From a virus: DNA of 64,000 nt. The DNA lies in the IMG/VR virus record IMGVR_UViG_3300009129_001478, positions 33,632 to 97,631 of that record, one strand, 5' to 3'. Of the stretch, positions 26,057 through 35,700 are shown in pieces; within the stretch, counting starts at the first letter, position 1, and each line of letters begins with the position of its first letter. A model generated the notes under the pieces. It ran no database searches. It was not told the DNA's origin and saw only the letters and a list, made by a program, of their open reading frames with translations. Both the position numbers and the translations under genes were made by a program.

Positions 26057-27239
26057 CATATTCTCCCAACATGCAGACCTGGCTGCTGAAGATATTTTAA
26101 AATCAAATAAGCTGTGTCTAGAATTTGAACAGGATGAATTATCTATTGTTCACTCACAAATGGACAGGTACCCTCGCGCCGCAGATTATCTTCATATTTT
26201 AGAAACACGCGCTATCACTAACTATCCCTTCTCCTGTAAGAAGATGAGATATACCGCAACCTTTCACAATATTCAATATATTGATCCTCAAAAGCCTGGA
26301 CTTCTTTTGCCAATAAAAGATTCCATAGATCTTTTGGAATTTACTTTATCTAACCTTAAAAAAATGAAGGTGACCGAAGTAGCCAATATCACGATTATTG
26401 ATGATAGGTCTGAGGAAGCAGAAAAAATTCAACAACTAGCAAATCAACATGGGGCAATTTATATCCGAGTTGACTACCCTTCAGAAATATTTAACTTCTC
26501 TATGTTGAATAATATTGCCGCTTTTTTATATCACAAATTAGGACATGAGGATATTATCCTTTGGAATGCTGATTTATGGGCTCCCGATAAAACAACCGTG
26601 CCGAAGCTTTTGAACGCACACAAAAAGAGCAAGCGTGATGGAGTAAAACTCACAGGAACAAAACTCCTTTATCCAGAGTCTGGATTTTGTCCTCTCATAA
26701 ATGAACAGCGGACTGTGAGGGAATTAGCACAAGATTTTACAATGCCTGAGGAGAATTTGAAAAACATGGGACTCTTTGGAAAGACTCAATATGGTGGAGG
26801 ATCTTATGTTGTTACAATACCGTTCCTAAAAAACCTCAGTCATCTGTTTATGTCTCCGGTACATTATGGGAGATTTTTAGAGAGAACTAATTCTGCTGTT
26901 AACATAAACCGGCAGACTAGGTTTGTAACAGGGGCATTTCAAATTATAGACCTTGAATCCTTTATAAAGTTGGGAGGGCTTTGCCCGACCCTATCGTGTA
27001 GCCATCAAGACGCGGACTTTTGTTTGAGATTAGTACATGGCGGCGACAAAGTTCAATATATAGGAAAAGACCTCCACCTATATCACGGAGAGTCTTTGGT
27101 GATTTCCTCAAAATTAGAGGAAGGTGCCGAATCTCTCAAACATGCCCACAGCGATACACGAGATAAACTAATTTCAGACGAAGTGATGTATTCTCTGTTG
27201 TGGAATTATTACTTTTTCACTGGACAGATTGCATCATAA
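26013..27239 (+). CDS. Glycosyltransferase family 2 (GT-A)
   Basis: IIDDRS, FNFSMLNN, WNAD, VTGAF, QDADFCLR, LYHGES. Confidence 0.85.
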   Translation: MLREKPTTHKYLNCNIFSQHADLAAEDILKSNKLCLEFEQDELSIVHSQMDRYPRAADYLHILETRAITNYPFSCKKMRYTATFHNIQYIDPQKPGLLLPIKDSIDLLEFTLSNLKKMKVTEVANITIIDDRSEEAEKIQQLANQHGAIYIRVDYPSEIFNFSMLNNIAAFLYHKLGHEDIILWNADLWAPDKTTVPKLLNAHKKSKRDGVKLTGTKLLYPESGFCPLINEQRTVRELAQDFTMPEENLKNMGLFGKTQYGGGSYVVTIPFLKNLSHLFMSPVHYGRFLERTNSAVNINRQTRFVTGAFQIIDLESFIKLGGLCPTLSCSHQDADFCLRLVHGGDKVQYIGKDLHLYHGESLVISSKLEEGAESLKHAHSDTRDKLISDEVMYSLLWNYYFFTGQIAS

Positions 27240-27240
27240 C

Positions 27241-28122
27241 ATGAAAAAGATTTTATTGGGACAAAATCACCTGCACACATTGGGAGGTAGTGAAACTTTT
27301 ATTTATACAATGGCTCGCGAACTGGTGCGCCTTGGACATGATGTAGATATTCTCACACTTCAAGAGGGGATAATGTCTCAACTAATCAACCGAGAGTTGG
27401 GGTGTTCTATTAACTCAATATCCAACTCATACGATATTGCGTTCATAAATCACACTACGGTCGTAAATGGAGTTTTGAATCTGTTCCCAGGTAGTAACAT
27501 TATTCAAACATGCCACGGAATATTCCCAGAACTTGAACAGCCGGTACCGGGCGTCCGTCATGTTGCTATTTCAAAAGAGGTCCAAAACTACCTGTCCTCC
27601 AAGGGTCTTAATTCCACCTTAATTCATAATGGCATTGACTGTGATTTATTTTGCCCAAACGGCAAATTTTCAAAAGACCTTAACAAAATATTTAGCCTGT
27701 CTCAATCAGACCAGTTCAATCAAATGCTGACAGAGATCGGTAATGAATTAGGTATAACGGTGGAGTATAATAATAAATTCACCTCACCGCGAGTTGATAT
27801 ACAAAATGTCATAAAAACAGCAGACTTGGTAGTAAGCCTAGGTCGCGGCGCTTATGAGGGAATGGCGTGCGGAAAGCCCGTTCTAATTGCGGACCAAAGA
27901 CCATATCAGCCAGGCTTCATGGATGGGATGGTAACCTCTCAGAACATTGACGACTTTCTAGAAAATAACTGCTCAGGAAGAAAAACTCAAAAGCCGGTCA
28001 CTAAAGAAAATCTTTTATCAGAGATAGAAAAATATGATTTCACACAGGGACCAAGAAATAGGCAATACGCCTTAGAGAATCTTAATATTCAAAAACAAGT
28101 ACAGGAATATTTGAAACTATGA
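27241..28122 (+). CDS. Glycosyltransferase family 4 (GT-B)
   Basis: LGGSETF, QTCHG, IHNGID, GRGAYEGMACGKPV. Confidence 0.85.
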   Translation: MKKILLGQNHLHTLGGSETFIYTMARELVRLGHDVDILTLQEGIMSQLINRELGCSINSISNSYDIAFINHTTVVNGVLNLFPGSNIIQTCHGIFPELEQPVPGVRHVAISKEVQNYLSSKGLNSTLIHNGIDCDLFCPNGKFSKDLNKIFSLSQSDQFNQMLTEIGNELGITVEYNNKFTSPRVDIQNVIKTADLVVSLGRGAYEGMACGKPVLIADQRPYQPGFMDGMVTSQNIDDFLENNCSGRKTQKPVTKENLLSEIEKYDFTQGPRNRQYALENLNIQKQVQEYLKL

Positions 28123-28832
28123 AATTAGTAGGGTTGACTCGTGTCCGTAATGAATCAGAAATTATGGAAGAAACTTTAGATCATATGTCAGAATTTTGTT
28201 CAGAAGTTTTTGTATATGATGATTGTTCGGAGGACAATACGGTAGAGATTTGTAAAAACCATCCAGTTGTGACTTCGGTGGTTGAGGGGCAACAGTGGGA
28301 TTCTTTCCGTGCCCGAGCAGAATTTGAAAATAGACATGCCGTATATTCCGAGGCAGCTAAACACTTATCCAGCGATGACTGGTTTGTATATATGGATGCC
28401 GACGAGAGAATTGAGTTTGATTGGTCAAAACTTACTAATGATTTAGATGCAGTTAGAATGAGGCTCTTTGACTTTTATATTACACAAGAAGACGTCCAAC
28501 AAAAATACACTGAAAGAAAATGGATAGGACCAGAATACCGTCAAATTCTATTTGCTTTCAGGTTTGGTGCCACGACAGGATATCACGGTCTAGATCAAAG
28601 AGAATGTTCTTTAAAATCATTCAGAATTTTGGATGAAGGATCGGTCAAACATTATGGAAAATCTATTTCTGTAGATCAGTGGGAAGAAACCTGCGATTAT
28701 TATGCAAATCATTTCCCCATGTACGCCGCTAAATGGCTAGCACGCAAAGGAAAAGCGGTTCATACTAAATCAGATTTTGGAAGAGATTTAATTTTATGGG
28801 AAGAAAGATTTAAAAAAGGCTTGCTTCTGTAA
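28119..28832 (+). CDS. Glycosyltransferase family 2 (GT-A)
   Basis: RVRNE, YDDCSEDNT, MDADE, KHYG. Confidence 0.88.
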   Translation: MKLVGLTRVRNESEIMEETLDHMSEFCSEVFVYDDCSEDNTVEICKNHPVVTSVVEGQQWDSFRARAEFENRHAVYSEAAKHLSSDDWFVYMDADERIEFDWSKLTNDLDAVRMRLFDFYITQEDVQQKYTERKWIGPEYRQILFAFRFGATTGYHGLDQRECSLKSFRILDEGSVKHYGKSISVDQWEETCDYYANHFPMYAAKWLARKGKAVHTKSDFGRDLILWEERFKKGLLL

Positions 28833-28849
28833 TATACTTATGGTACACT
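28821..28849 (+). promoter_or_regulatory. sigma70-type promoter
   Basis: TTGCTT-N17-TACACT with TG extension, followed by AGGAG RBS. Confidence 0.55.
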
Positions 28850-28860
28850 AGGAGAATAAA

Positions 28861-29052
28861 ATGAAATTATCACCTCAAGCAATCGGCGCACTTTTGATGA
28901 CTTTGCAAAAGTGTTTATCAGAACAAACAGACATAACAGAACTATTGTCCGGCTGGGATTTAGAACTTCGTGATGATCTGATATATGTTTTGAACGCCCC
29001 AACCGTTTCAGTAGAACCAGTACCAGAAGTCAATAAATTTGAAGTAGAATAA
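28861..29052 (+). CDS. Hypothetical protein
   Basis: 63 aa; AGGAG RBS. Confidence 0.7.
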   Translation: MKLSPQAIGALLMTLQKCLSEQTDITELLSGWDLELRDDLIYVLNAPTVSVEPVPEVNKFEVE

Positions 29053-29321
29053 TGCCACTTTATCATTATTTGTGTAATAGTTGCAATAAGCAATTTGAAA
29101 TACGTCACAAATATCGTGAAGCTGGCATAATTTGTACTCATTGTGATTCTGAGGAAATAAAGAAACACCTAGGTAACACAATCTCCGTTGTGAAACAGAC
29201 CAAGCACAGTAAAACTAAAAAAGTCGGCACAGAAGTTCACGAAGCAATACAAGACGGAAAAGAAGATTTGGCTAAGGCAAAAAAAGAATTAGCCGGGAAA
29301 GCGAGAAAGACCCATGGATGA
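29052..29321 (+). CDS. FmdB-family zinc-ribbon protein
   Basis: MPLYHYLCNSC...FE...CTHCDS. Confidence 0.85.
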   Translation: MPLYHYLCNSCNKQFEIRHKYREAGIICTHCDSEEIKKHLGNTISVVKQTKHSKTKKVGTEVHEAIQDGKEDLAKAKKELAGKARKTHG

Positions 29322-29610
29322 AATAATCGTTTGGCTAGTGTTGGGAATTTCTGCGCTGAGTAATATTTTCCTTCTATGGTATTGCAGAAATCTTATAAAA
29401 TTTGTAAAATTAACTACGGAGGATGTAACAAATCTTCAGGATTCAATTGATTCCTATAAAGAACATCTGACCCAGGTATATGGGCTTGAGACATTTTATG
29501 GTGATCAGACTCTTCAAGGGCTCTTACAGCACACCAAAGATCTGAGCGGTGCCGTAGATGATTTTGTTGATATAAACACAAAAATGCTTTACGGAGAAGA
29601 AGATGGCTAG
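29314..29610 (+). CDS. Hypothetical membrane protein
   Basis: N-terminal TM helix plus coiled coil. Confidence 0.7.
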   Translation: MDEIIVWLVLGISALSNIFLLWYCRNLIKFVKLTTEDVTNLQDSIDSYKEHLTQVYGLETFYGDQTLQGLLQHTKDLSGAVDDFVDINTKMLYGEEDG

Positions 29611-30292
29611 ACGATCTAAGAAGAAGAATCATTATTTTACAAAAGTCACAGAACAGGCCATTATTGATTATTGTGCCACAGACAGCCTATCCGAGCGCAC
29701 AGACTTATATGTTCAACATATTCAACCGGCTTTTGATGAACTTGTAACAAAGATTGTTTATACTTATAAATTTACCTCTCTAGAAAACATTGATTATTTG
29801 AAAGAGGACTGCAAGGTCTGGTTAACAACTATTTTAGGAAAATTTGACCCGACCCAGGGCACAAAAGCTTTTTCTTATTTTTCCGTCGTCACTAAAAATT
29901 GGTTCACTCACAAAGCTAAACAACAGACCAAAAAGAATCGTCGCGAGATTGAATATGATTCTATGATCCGCGAAATAGAAGCTGTTTCTACTACTGATAG
30001 CGAGGATCTTTTTGATGAACAAGAGGAGAGAGAATTTTGGGAGTTCTTACTTGTGGAAGTAAAAAGCTGGAAAAACCCGAATCTTAAGCCCAATGAAGAA
30101 AAAGTATTGAATGCTATACTAACCCTGATGACCAACGTGGATCAAATAGAAATCTTTAATAAAAAGGCAATATATCTCTACATGAGAGAAATTACAGGAC
30201 TAAACACAAAACAAATAGTTAGTTGCCTCAACAAGATGAGAGAGAAGTTCAGAATTTTCAAGAGCAAGTGGAACGAAGGAGAAATTAAGTGA
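29603..30292 (+). CDS. Phage RNA polymerase sigma factor (T4 gp55-like late sigma)
   Basis: NHYFTK...EQAIIDY, region-2-like KFDPTQGTKAFSYFSVVTKNWF, C-terminal HTH-like REITGLNTKQI; sits at the start of the structural block. Confidence 0.75.
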   Translation: MARRSKKKNHYFTKVTEQAIIDYCATDSLSERTDLYVQHIQPAFDELVTKIVYTYKFTSLENIDYLKEDCKVWLTTILGKFDPTQGTKAFSYFSVVTKNWFTHKAKQQTKKNRREIEYDSMIREIEAVSTTDSEDLFDEQEEREFWEFLLVEVKSWKNPNLKPNEEKVLNAILTLMTNVDQIEIFNKKAIYLYMREITGLNTKQIVSCLNKMREKFRIFKSKWNEGEIK

Positions 30293-30307
30293 CTCCCTAT
30301 TTATTGT

Positions 30308-30598
30308 ATGAAAAAGAACCTAGAATCATTAATAGAGCAAGCTCTAGATAATATAAACAAGGATCGTCAAGTCACTGAAGACTTGCTTTCCAGCCTTAAA
30401 GAATATATGGTTGTGTCGGCAGATCGTTATTCTGATAGCGGCCCCGTCGCAGCCAAATTTGTAGAAACACTTCAAAGAAGTAATGAACAACTTGTTAAGT
30501 TGGCAACATTAGTTTATAAAAAAGATACAGCAACAAGACAAGACGGACTGTCAGAAGCGGACAAGAATCAGTTATTTGATATGCTCAATAAGGAGTAA
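30308..30598 (+). CDS. Hypothetical protein
   Basis: 96 aa, helical; preceded by CCTATTTAT. Confidence 0.7.
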   Translation: MKKNLESLIEQALDNINKDRQVTEDLLSSLKEYMVVSADRYSDSGPVAAKFVETLQRSNEQLVKLATLVYKKDTATRQDGLSEADKNQLFDMLNKE

Positions 30599-30603
30599 TA
30601 AAA

Positions 30604-31776
30604 ATGGCAGATTCTGATAACAAACCAGTTGATTTAACACAAACTGCCTGGCGTCCGCCTGACGGTGTTGTCAATTTGATTAAACAAAACAACCGAAAAC
30701 TTATCGCCAAAAAGAGTACTTACAAAGAAAATCAAGTTGTCACGGCCAAATTACTAACGCCAGGAATTCGCGAACCAAGGTGGTATGAGCGCGTTGGGAA
30801 TTTTCTATTTGGGGAAACTTCGGATTCCAATCCAAAACTAATCAAATACAGAGTAAGGGTTGAGGAAGACCCAAGATCTTATGTGTGTCCGGAACCCCTA
30901 AACGCCGATGATAATGCGATTGATTTACCTCAAATTGTCTGCGACATTGATGAAGGCATTCAACAAGACCTACCAGCAGGTGCCAAAGTACAAATAAGAA
31001 TCAATAATCCTAATACTTGTTTTACTGCGGCAACCGGAGCAACAATTATAAAAATCATTGATGCCTCTCCAGATAACTGGAATGAAACCTCTGAAAACTG
31101 CCAATCACCTTTGCCTAATAGTGGATCAGCACAGAAATCCACAGTAAGAAAGACCTGCACGACCACCAGGGGGGGCAAAGCCGGCGGGCCACTAAGATCA
31201 ACATCTATTCCAAAATCAACGTCAGGTAAATACCCAAGATCTCCTACTACGGCGAGGTCCACCCAGGGGTATACTAAAAATGCTAGCAATGCATCTGTAG
31301 GGACTATTTCATCTCAGTTTGGTAAACGACCACCACCAAGAGGTGGCGGATCTGTAAATCATCATGGAGTTGATATTGCTATAAGTAAAGGGAAAAGCGT
31401 TTATGCAGCACTGGATGGCGAGCTAATTGCCGCAGCACAATCAGGAAATCCAGATAAAGAAGGGGCAGGCTATTATGCTGTTATAAAACACACAGCCTAT
31501 AAAGCAAGCACCCCAGGGAGTACTTTTTATACACTTTATATGCACCTTACAAAGGGCACTGTAATTACTTCCGTAAACACGTTCGGCAATGGACAAAAAG
31601 TCTCAGCAGGGCAATTAATTGCTAAATCTGGTGATTCAGGTTATGGCGGAGCCCACCTTCATTTTGGAGTAGTATATGACAATGGCGACTGGTCCACAGG
31701 AGGACAGGTTTCAGCATATGGATATCATGCTGATCCTGAGACAGATTTTTGGCCAAATCAATTTGAGAAGAAGTAA
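30604..31776 (+). CDS. M23 metallo-endopeptidase-domain virion protein
   Basis: SSQFGKR, HHGVDIA, YTLYMHL, GAHLHF. Confidence 0.85.
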   Translation: MADSDNKPVDLTQTAWRPPDGVVNLIKQNNRKLIAKKSTYKENQVVTAKLLTPGIREPRWYERVGNFLFGETSDSNPKLIKYRVRVEEDPRSYVCPEPLNADDNAIDLPQIVCDIDEGIQQDLPAGAKVQIRINNPNTCFTAATGATIIKIIDASPDNWNETSENCQSPLPNSGSAQKSTVRKTCTTTRGGKAGGPLRSTSIPKSTSGKYPRSPTTARSTQGYTKNASNASVGTISSQFGKRPPPRGGGSVNHHGVDIAISKGKSVYAALDGELIAAAQSGNPDKEGAGYYAVIKHTAYKASTPGSTFYTLYMHLTKGTVITSVNTFGNGQKVSAGQLIAKSGDSGYGGAHLHFGVVYDNGDWSTGGQVSAYGYHADPETDFWPNQFEKK

Positions 31777-31781
31777 TAGAA

Positions 31782-32702
31782 ATGCCTAGAAGACCAACAA
31801 TAGCAGACACATATTTAAGCGCCACCAAAAAGAGGAAGCTAAGACTTAGCCCAGGCGATGTAGAAAAATATGCTTCTGGTTTCGGCAACGGTCCAATGTT
31901 GGCAGCAAAGCCACAAATAAACACAACCGCTGCTGAAAAAGTAATTACTGGTGAATCTAATGCCGCTATTATTATTGGTCGCGACCGCCCCGGATCCAGA
32001 GGATCAGGACTTGGAGCAGTGGGGCGCTGGACAAATGTGGCAAGAATAGATTTAATTGCCGGCATAAACGGTGTGTGTGCAAAAGAGACAGATGCAGAAG
32101 GTGACCCAATAGCAACCGACCCAAATACCTACATGGATTCCTCAAGAATATATATGACACAACAAGCTGCGAATATTGATTCGGAAGAATATTTCAACGT
32201 TGTTGATGGAAAGGTCGGAATAGTAGAAAATGAGCCGGCAATTGTTATTAAGTCAGACTCGGTTAGAATTATCGGACGACAGGGAATAAAAATTGTAACA
32301 GGCACTGACAAATATTCTGCTGGTGCGGGTTGGTTTATTGGAGAGCAGGTCCGTGGCATTGATCTTATTGCCGGCAATGATGACCGAGACTTGCAACCAT
32401 TGGTCAAGGGCAATGATCTGCACAAATTATTAATAAGACAACAAGACCTGTCCTCTGAACTTATGGGGTTTTTAGATTTCCAACTGAAGCTTCTTTTAAC
32501 TTATATGGCTTCCCAGTCACCTGAACCCAAAACCAGAGCGGCTGGAACAGTAAAATTAGCGGGGATGATGCCATCCTTAGTTACACATATAATTGGAATG
32601 AATGTATGGACTTTGAAAAGTGTGTTTCACAAACTAAATTTTTCAGACGAAAACCCTTTTGCATTCTATAATTTTAAGAGTAAATTTAACAACACGAACT
32701 AA
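31782..32702 (+). CDS. Putative baseplate spike / gp5-like C-terminal protein
   Basis: IIIGRDR, IVIKSDSVRIIGRQGIKI beta-repeat pattern, QPLVKGNDL; located in the baseplate cluster. Confidence 0.6.
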   Translation: MPRRPTIADTYLSATKKRKLRLSPGDVEKYASGFGNGPMLAAKPQINTTAAEKVITGESNAAIIIGRDRPGSRGSGLGAVGRWTNVARIDLIAGINGVCAKETDAEGDPIATDPNTYMDSSRIYMTQQAANIDSEEYFNVVDGKVGIVENEPAIVIKSDSVRIIGRQGIKIVTGTDKYSAGAGWFIGEQVRGIDLIAGNDDRDLQPLVKGNDLHKLLIRQQDLSSELMGFLDFQLKLLLTYMASQSPEPKTRAAGTVKLAGMMPSLVTHIIGMNVWTLKSVFHKLNFSDENPFAFYNFKSKFNNTN

Positions 32703-32707
32703 TAAAC

Positions 32708-35700
32708 ATGACCCTCAATAGCCAACAAAAAAATATTGTCAACCCATTTGCTCAAGAGTCTACATCTTATGTGTTTTCTGATCGCAGAAACAGGTTTGTG
32801 CTGGATGTCATTCATGATTCTTATATCAATTTTCATACGTTTTTGACAGAGGGCCAACAACTTTTGTTGAGCATGGAAGAATTACAGGCTTTACAAATTG
32901 AAAAGGAAACCCCCAACTTGAACGTTTCCGCGGCTGACCTTGCCGCCTATACAATACTCTATCGTCAAAATAGTATTATTGTAGAGATGGAAGGAGACCG
33001 CATAAAACTTGAAGTACCCAGTGGGGAAATCTCCCAAGAAAAACTTTCTAGTTTGGTTTCTCAACTGGAACAACGAGGTGTTATTGATTTATATACTTCT
33101 AATTCAACTCCATCATCTTTGCTCCCTGAAAATGTAAATAATTTAGGACCGGCAGGTCTCGTCTCACGATTGATTGCTATTCCTCCTAATCACTCAAACG
33201 AATATCTCACACTAATGAGAAAATCAGTAAATTTACAAAACGAGATACCTTTAGAATCGTTTGAGAGTATAGAAAACTTTTCTATGTCTCCAGTTGCCAC
33301 ATCGTTTGTCAATAGCGACAATAATGTTGATATTTACGATTGGCGAGAGAATTGTGGACCTGGCACGGATACAAATAAAATTTATTATAACACTGTAGAT
33401 GATAAATTTTATTATACAACAAGAACAGACATTACGGCAACCCAACTATTTGACATGTCCTACTGGGCACAGTCACAAGAAGCTGCCCAGGAAATGCTTA
33501 AGGCTGTAAGAACAGGGCTTTCAGAGATCTTGAAGTTTACGGGAAAATATTCCCCAGAAAATCTTCAGAAACTTTTAGATTATGGTCTCGCCTCGGATAA
33601 TGTAAATTTTGTATCACACCTAGGAGTACGTCCCGGCTCTCGGTGGATACACGCCATAAGGGTCAAGAGGGGTGATATTGATAATTTAGAGCCCGGCGCA
33701 AGCGGGGCCGTAATTTCATATGATGAATTTGAACTGACTCCACTAGAGAAGGCACAAATTCTAGTTGATTCCCAAAAGAATAAAGCGACTAATAAGAAAT
33801 TTATGAATGTTGGAAATCTTATTCGTTACATTCCCAACGTAGTATTTGCATTGAGAGAATATGCCTATCAACTCAAAGATGAAAACATTTCACCAGAGGA
33901 TATTCAAGGAATTGATTTGTCCCGAGAAGCCACCAGAATAGATTCATTTATTGATATGTTATCTTTGGCTTACATTTATAACAAGGTAACCCTAGATGAT
34001 AATGATGTTATTGAATTTGGCTTTACTGATCAATACGAGTTGGAGTATTTTGTAGTAAACGGCTTTCTTATGACGAGAGGCATAGGAAATAAAACATTTT
34101 ATAAAACACCCGAAGATGAGGAGGCTCCAAAGAAGATTTTAGATGCCTTTTCTCTCTTAAGTCCTACAGCATATAGTGCTATTTCTAATAGCTATGGGAT
34201 TTATAGTGATTATTCTTTGCGCGCAGAAGACTCCAAGAAACCATGGACTGTGTTCTTTGACGATTATCTATACCCCCCAGTTAGCCTGTCTCCTGAAAAG
34301 ATTAGAGAGAAGGCAGAAAATTCACTTTTACAATGGAGGCGCTCAAGAAGACAAAAACTTTATACTAAAATTGTAAATCTCAACAAAGAAGGTAAAGAAA
34401 TTGAGGATAATTTTAGAAGAAAAAATAAAAGTCGTAACCCATATTATCAAGTTGCTACAATCTTAGGTACGACCATTGTCGCTGGACAAAGGGACTGTAA
34501 TACTGCTCAATCTGAAGTGTTGAGAAATGTTTTACAATTTTGGCAAAATGTTACAGGGAAGACCAAAATTAGATCTTTAGTTCGTCAAGCTATTATGCTA
34601 ACAAGAGATGAATTGATACAAGATTCTGTAACTAAAGCATATTTGTCAGGGGCTCTTGCCGCAGGTGATAACCCTCGTCTGTTTATTCGCGAAATTGAAC
34701 AGAAAATCAACCAAGAAATATTTTGCGGATTAGATGTTATGGGAAATGTAATTGAAACACAATTTTTAGATGCAAAAAATATGTCACCCGAGAAAACAGC
34801 CGGTGGCAAACCCCCCGGACTCGGCGCGCCCCTCAAAATAGACTTAAACGTTCCCAAGGGCATTCAGGGGTTCACTAAATCAAAACACCAAAGACAGACT
34901 GAACTCTATGAAAAAATGGTAAAGGAGATTATACTAGGGTTTATTAAGAGTATTGCTCTAGGAATTATTAAAGATGTTGTCAAGGCAGTTTTGGGATGTG
35001 GTCCAGATGGACCTAATGAAGATACTCTCAATGATGTTCTTAAAGATTTGAGGTTTGGGTTTTTAGACCTCAATGAATATCTCGGCGATATTGATGTTGT
35101 TGAAATTGCAAAAAAAGCAGACATGTATAATATCCGAGGAGAAGAGAAAATAGACCCCACGCTTGAACAGATAACAACTTTTATCCGAGACGTTTCATAT
35201 ATGTGTACACCGAGCGAGCTTGATCGCTTGACCTATGGTGATGGAGATAATATATTATATGAACTGATTTTGGAGACTATTGAAGACGGAGTAATCACTT
35301 TTCCGGTGGAAAGGAACGCTAACCCCAACGAAGAAATAGAGAGAAGAACAATCAACCCAGAGATATATGGAAGCATAGAATTTTCAGTAGATAAGATTCA
35401 GAACTTCTTTATTTTCCTCGGTGATTCCATGCGTGATGAAAATGCTGAAGAATTGGCTAAATTTACATTTTCTCCCCTAGAGGCTTACTGCGCCGACCGG
35501 GACCCAAGCTTGGATACTTTAGGTTTAGAAATTAGCCAAGAACAATTAGAGGCACAATATTTTAGTCTCGCCGAGGATAAGATAGCTAAAATAAACGCTA
35601 TGTGTGATTTGTTGCGCGGATTAGAGAACATACAAAGGCAGTTAGAAGACCTTATAAATTCTATCCCTATTATGGAGGGATATAATGATCTTCTTCAGAG

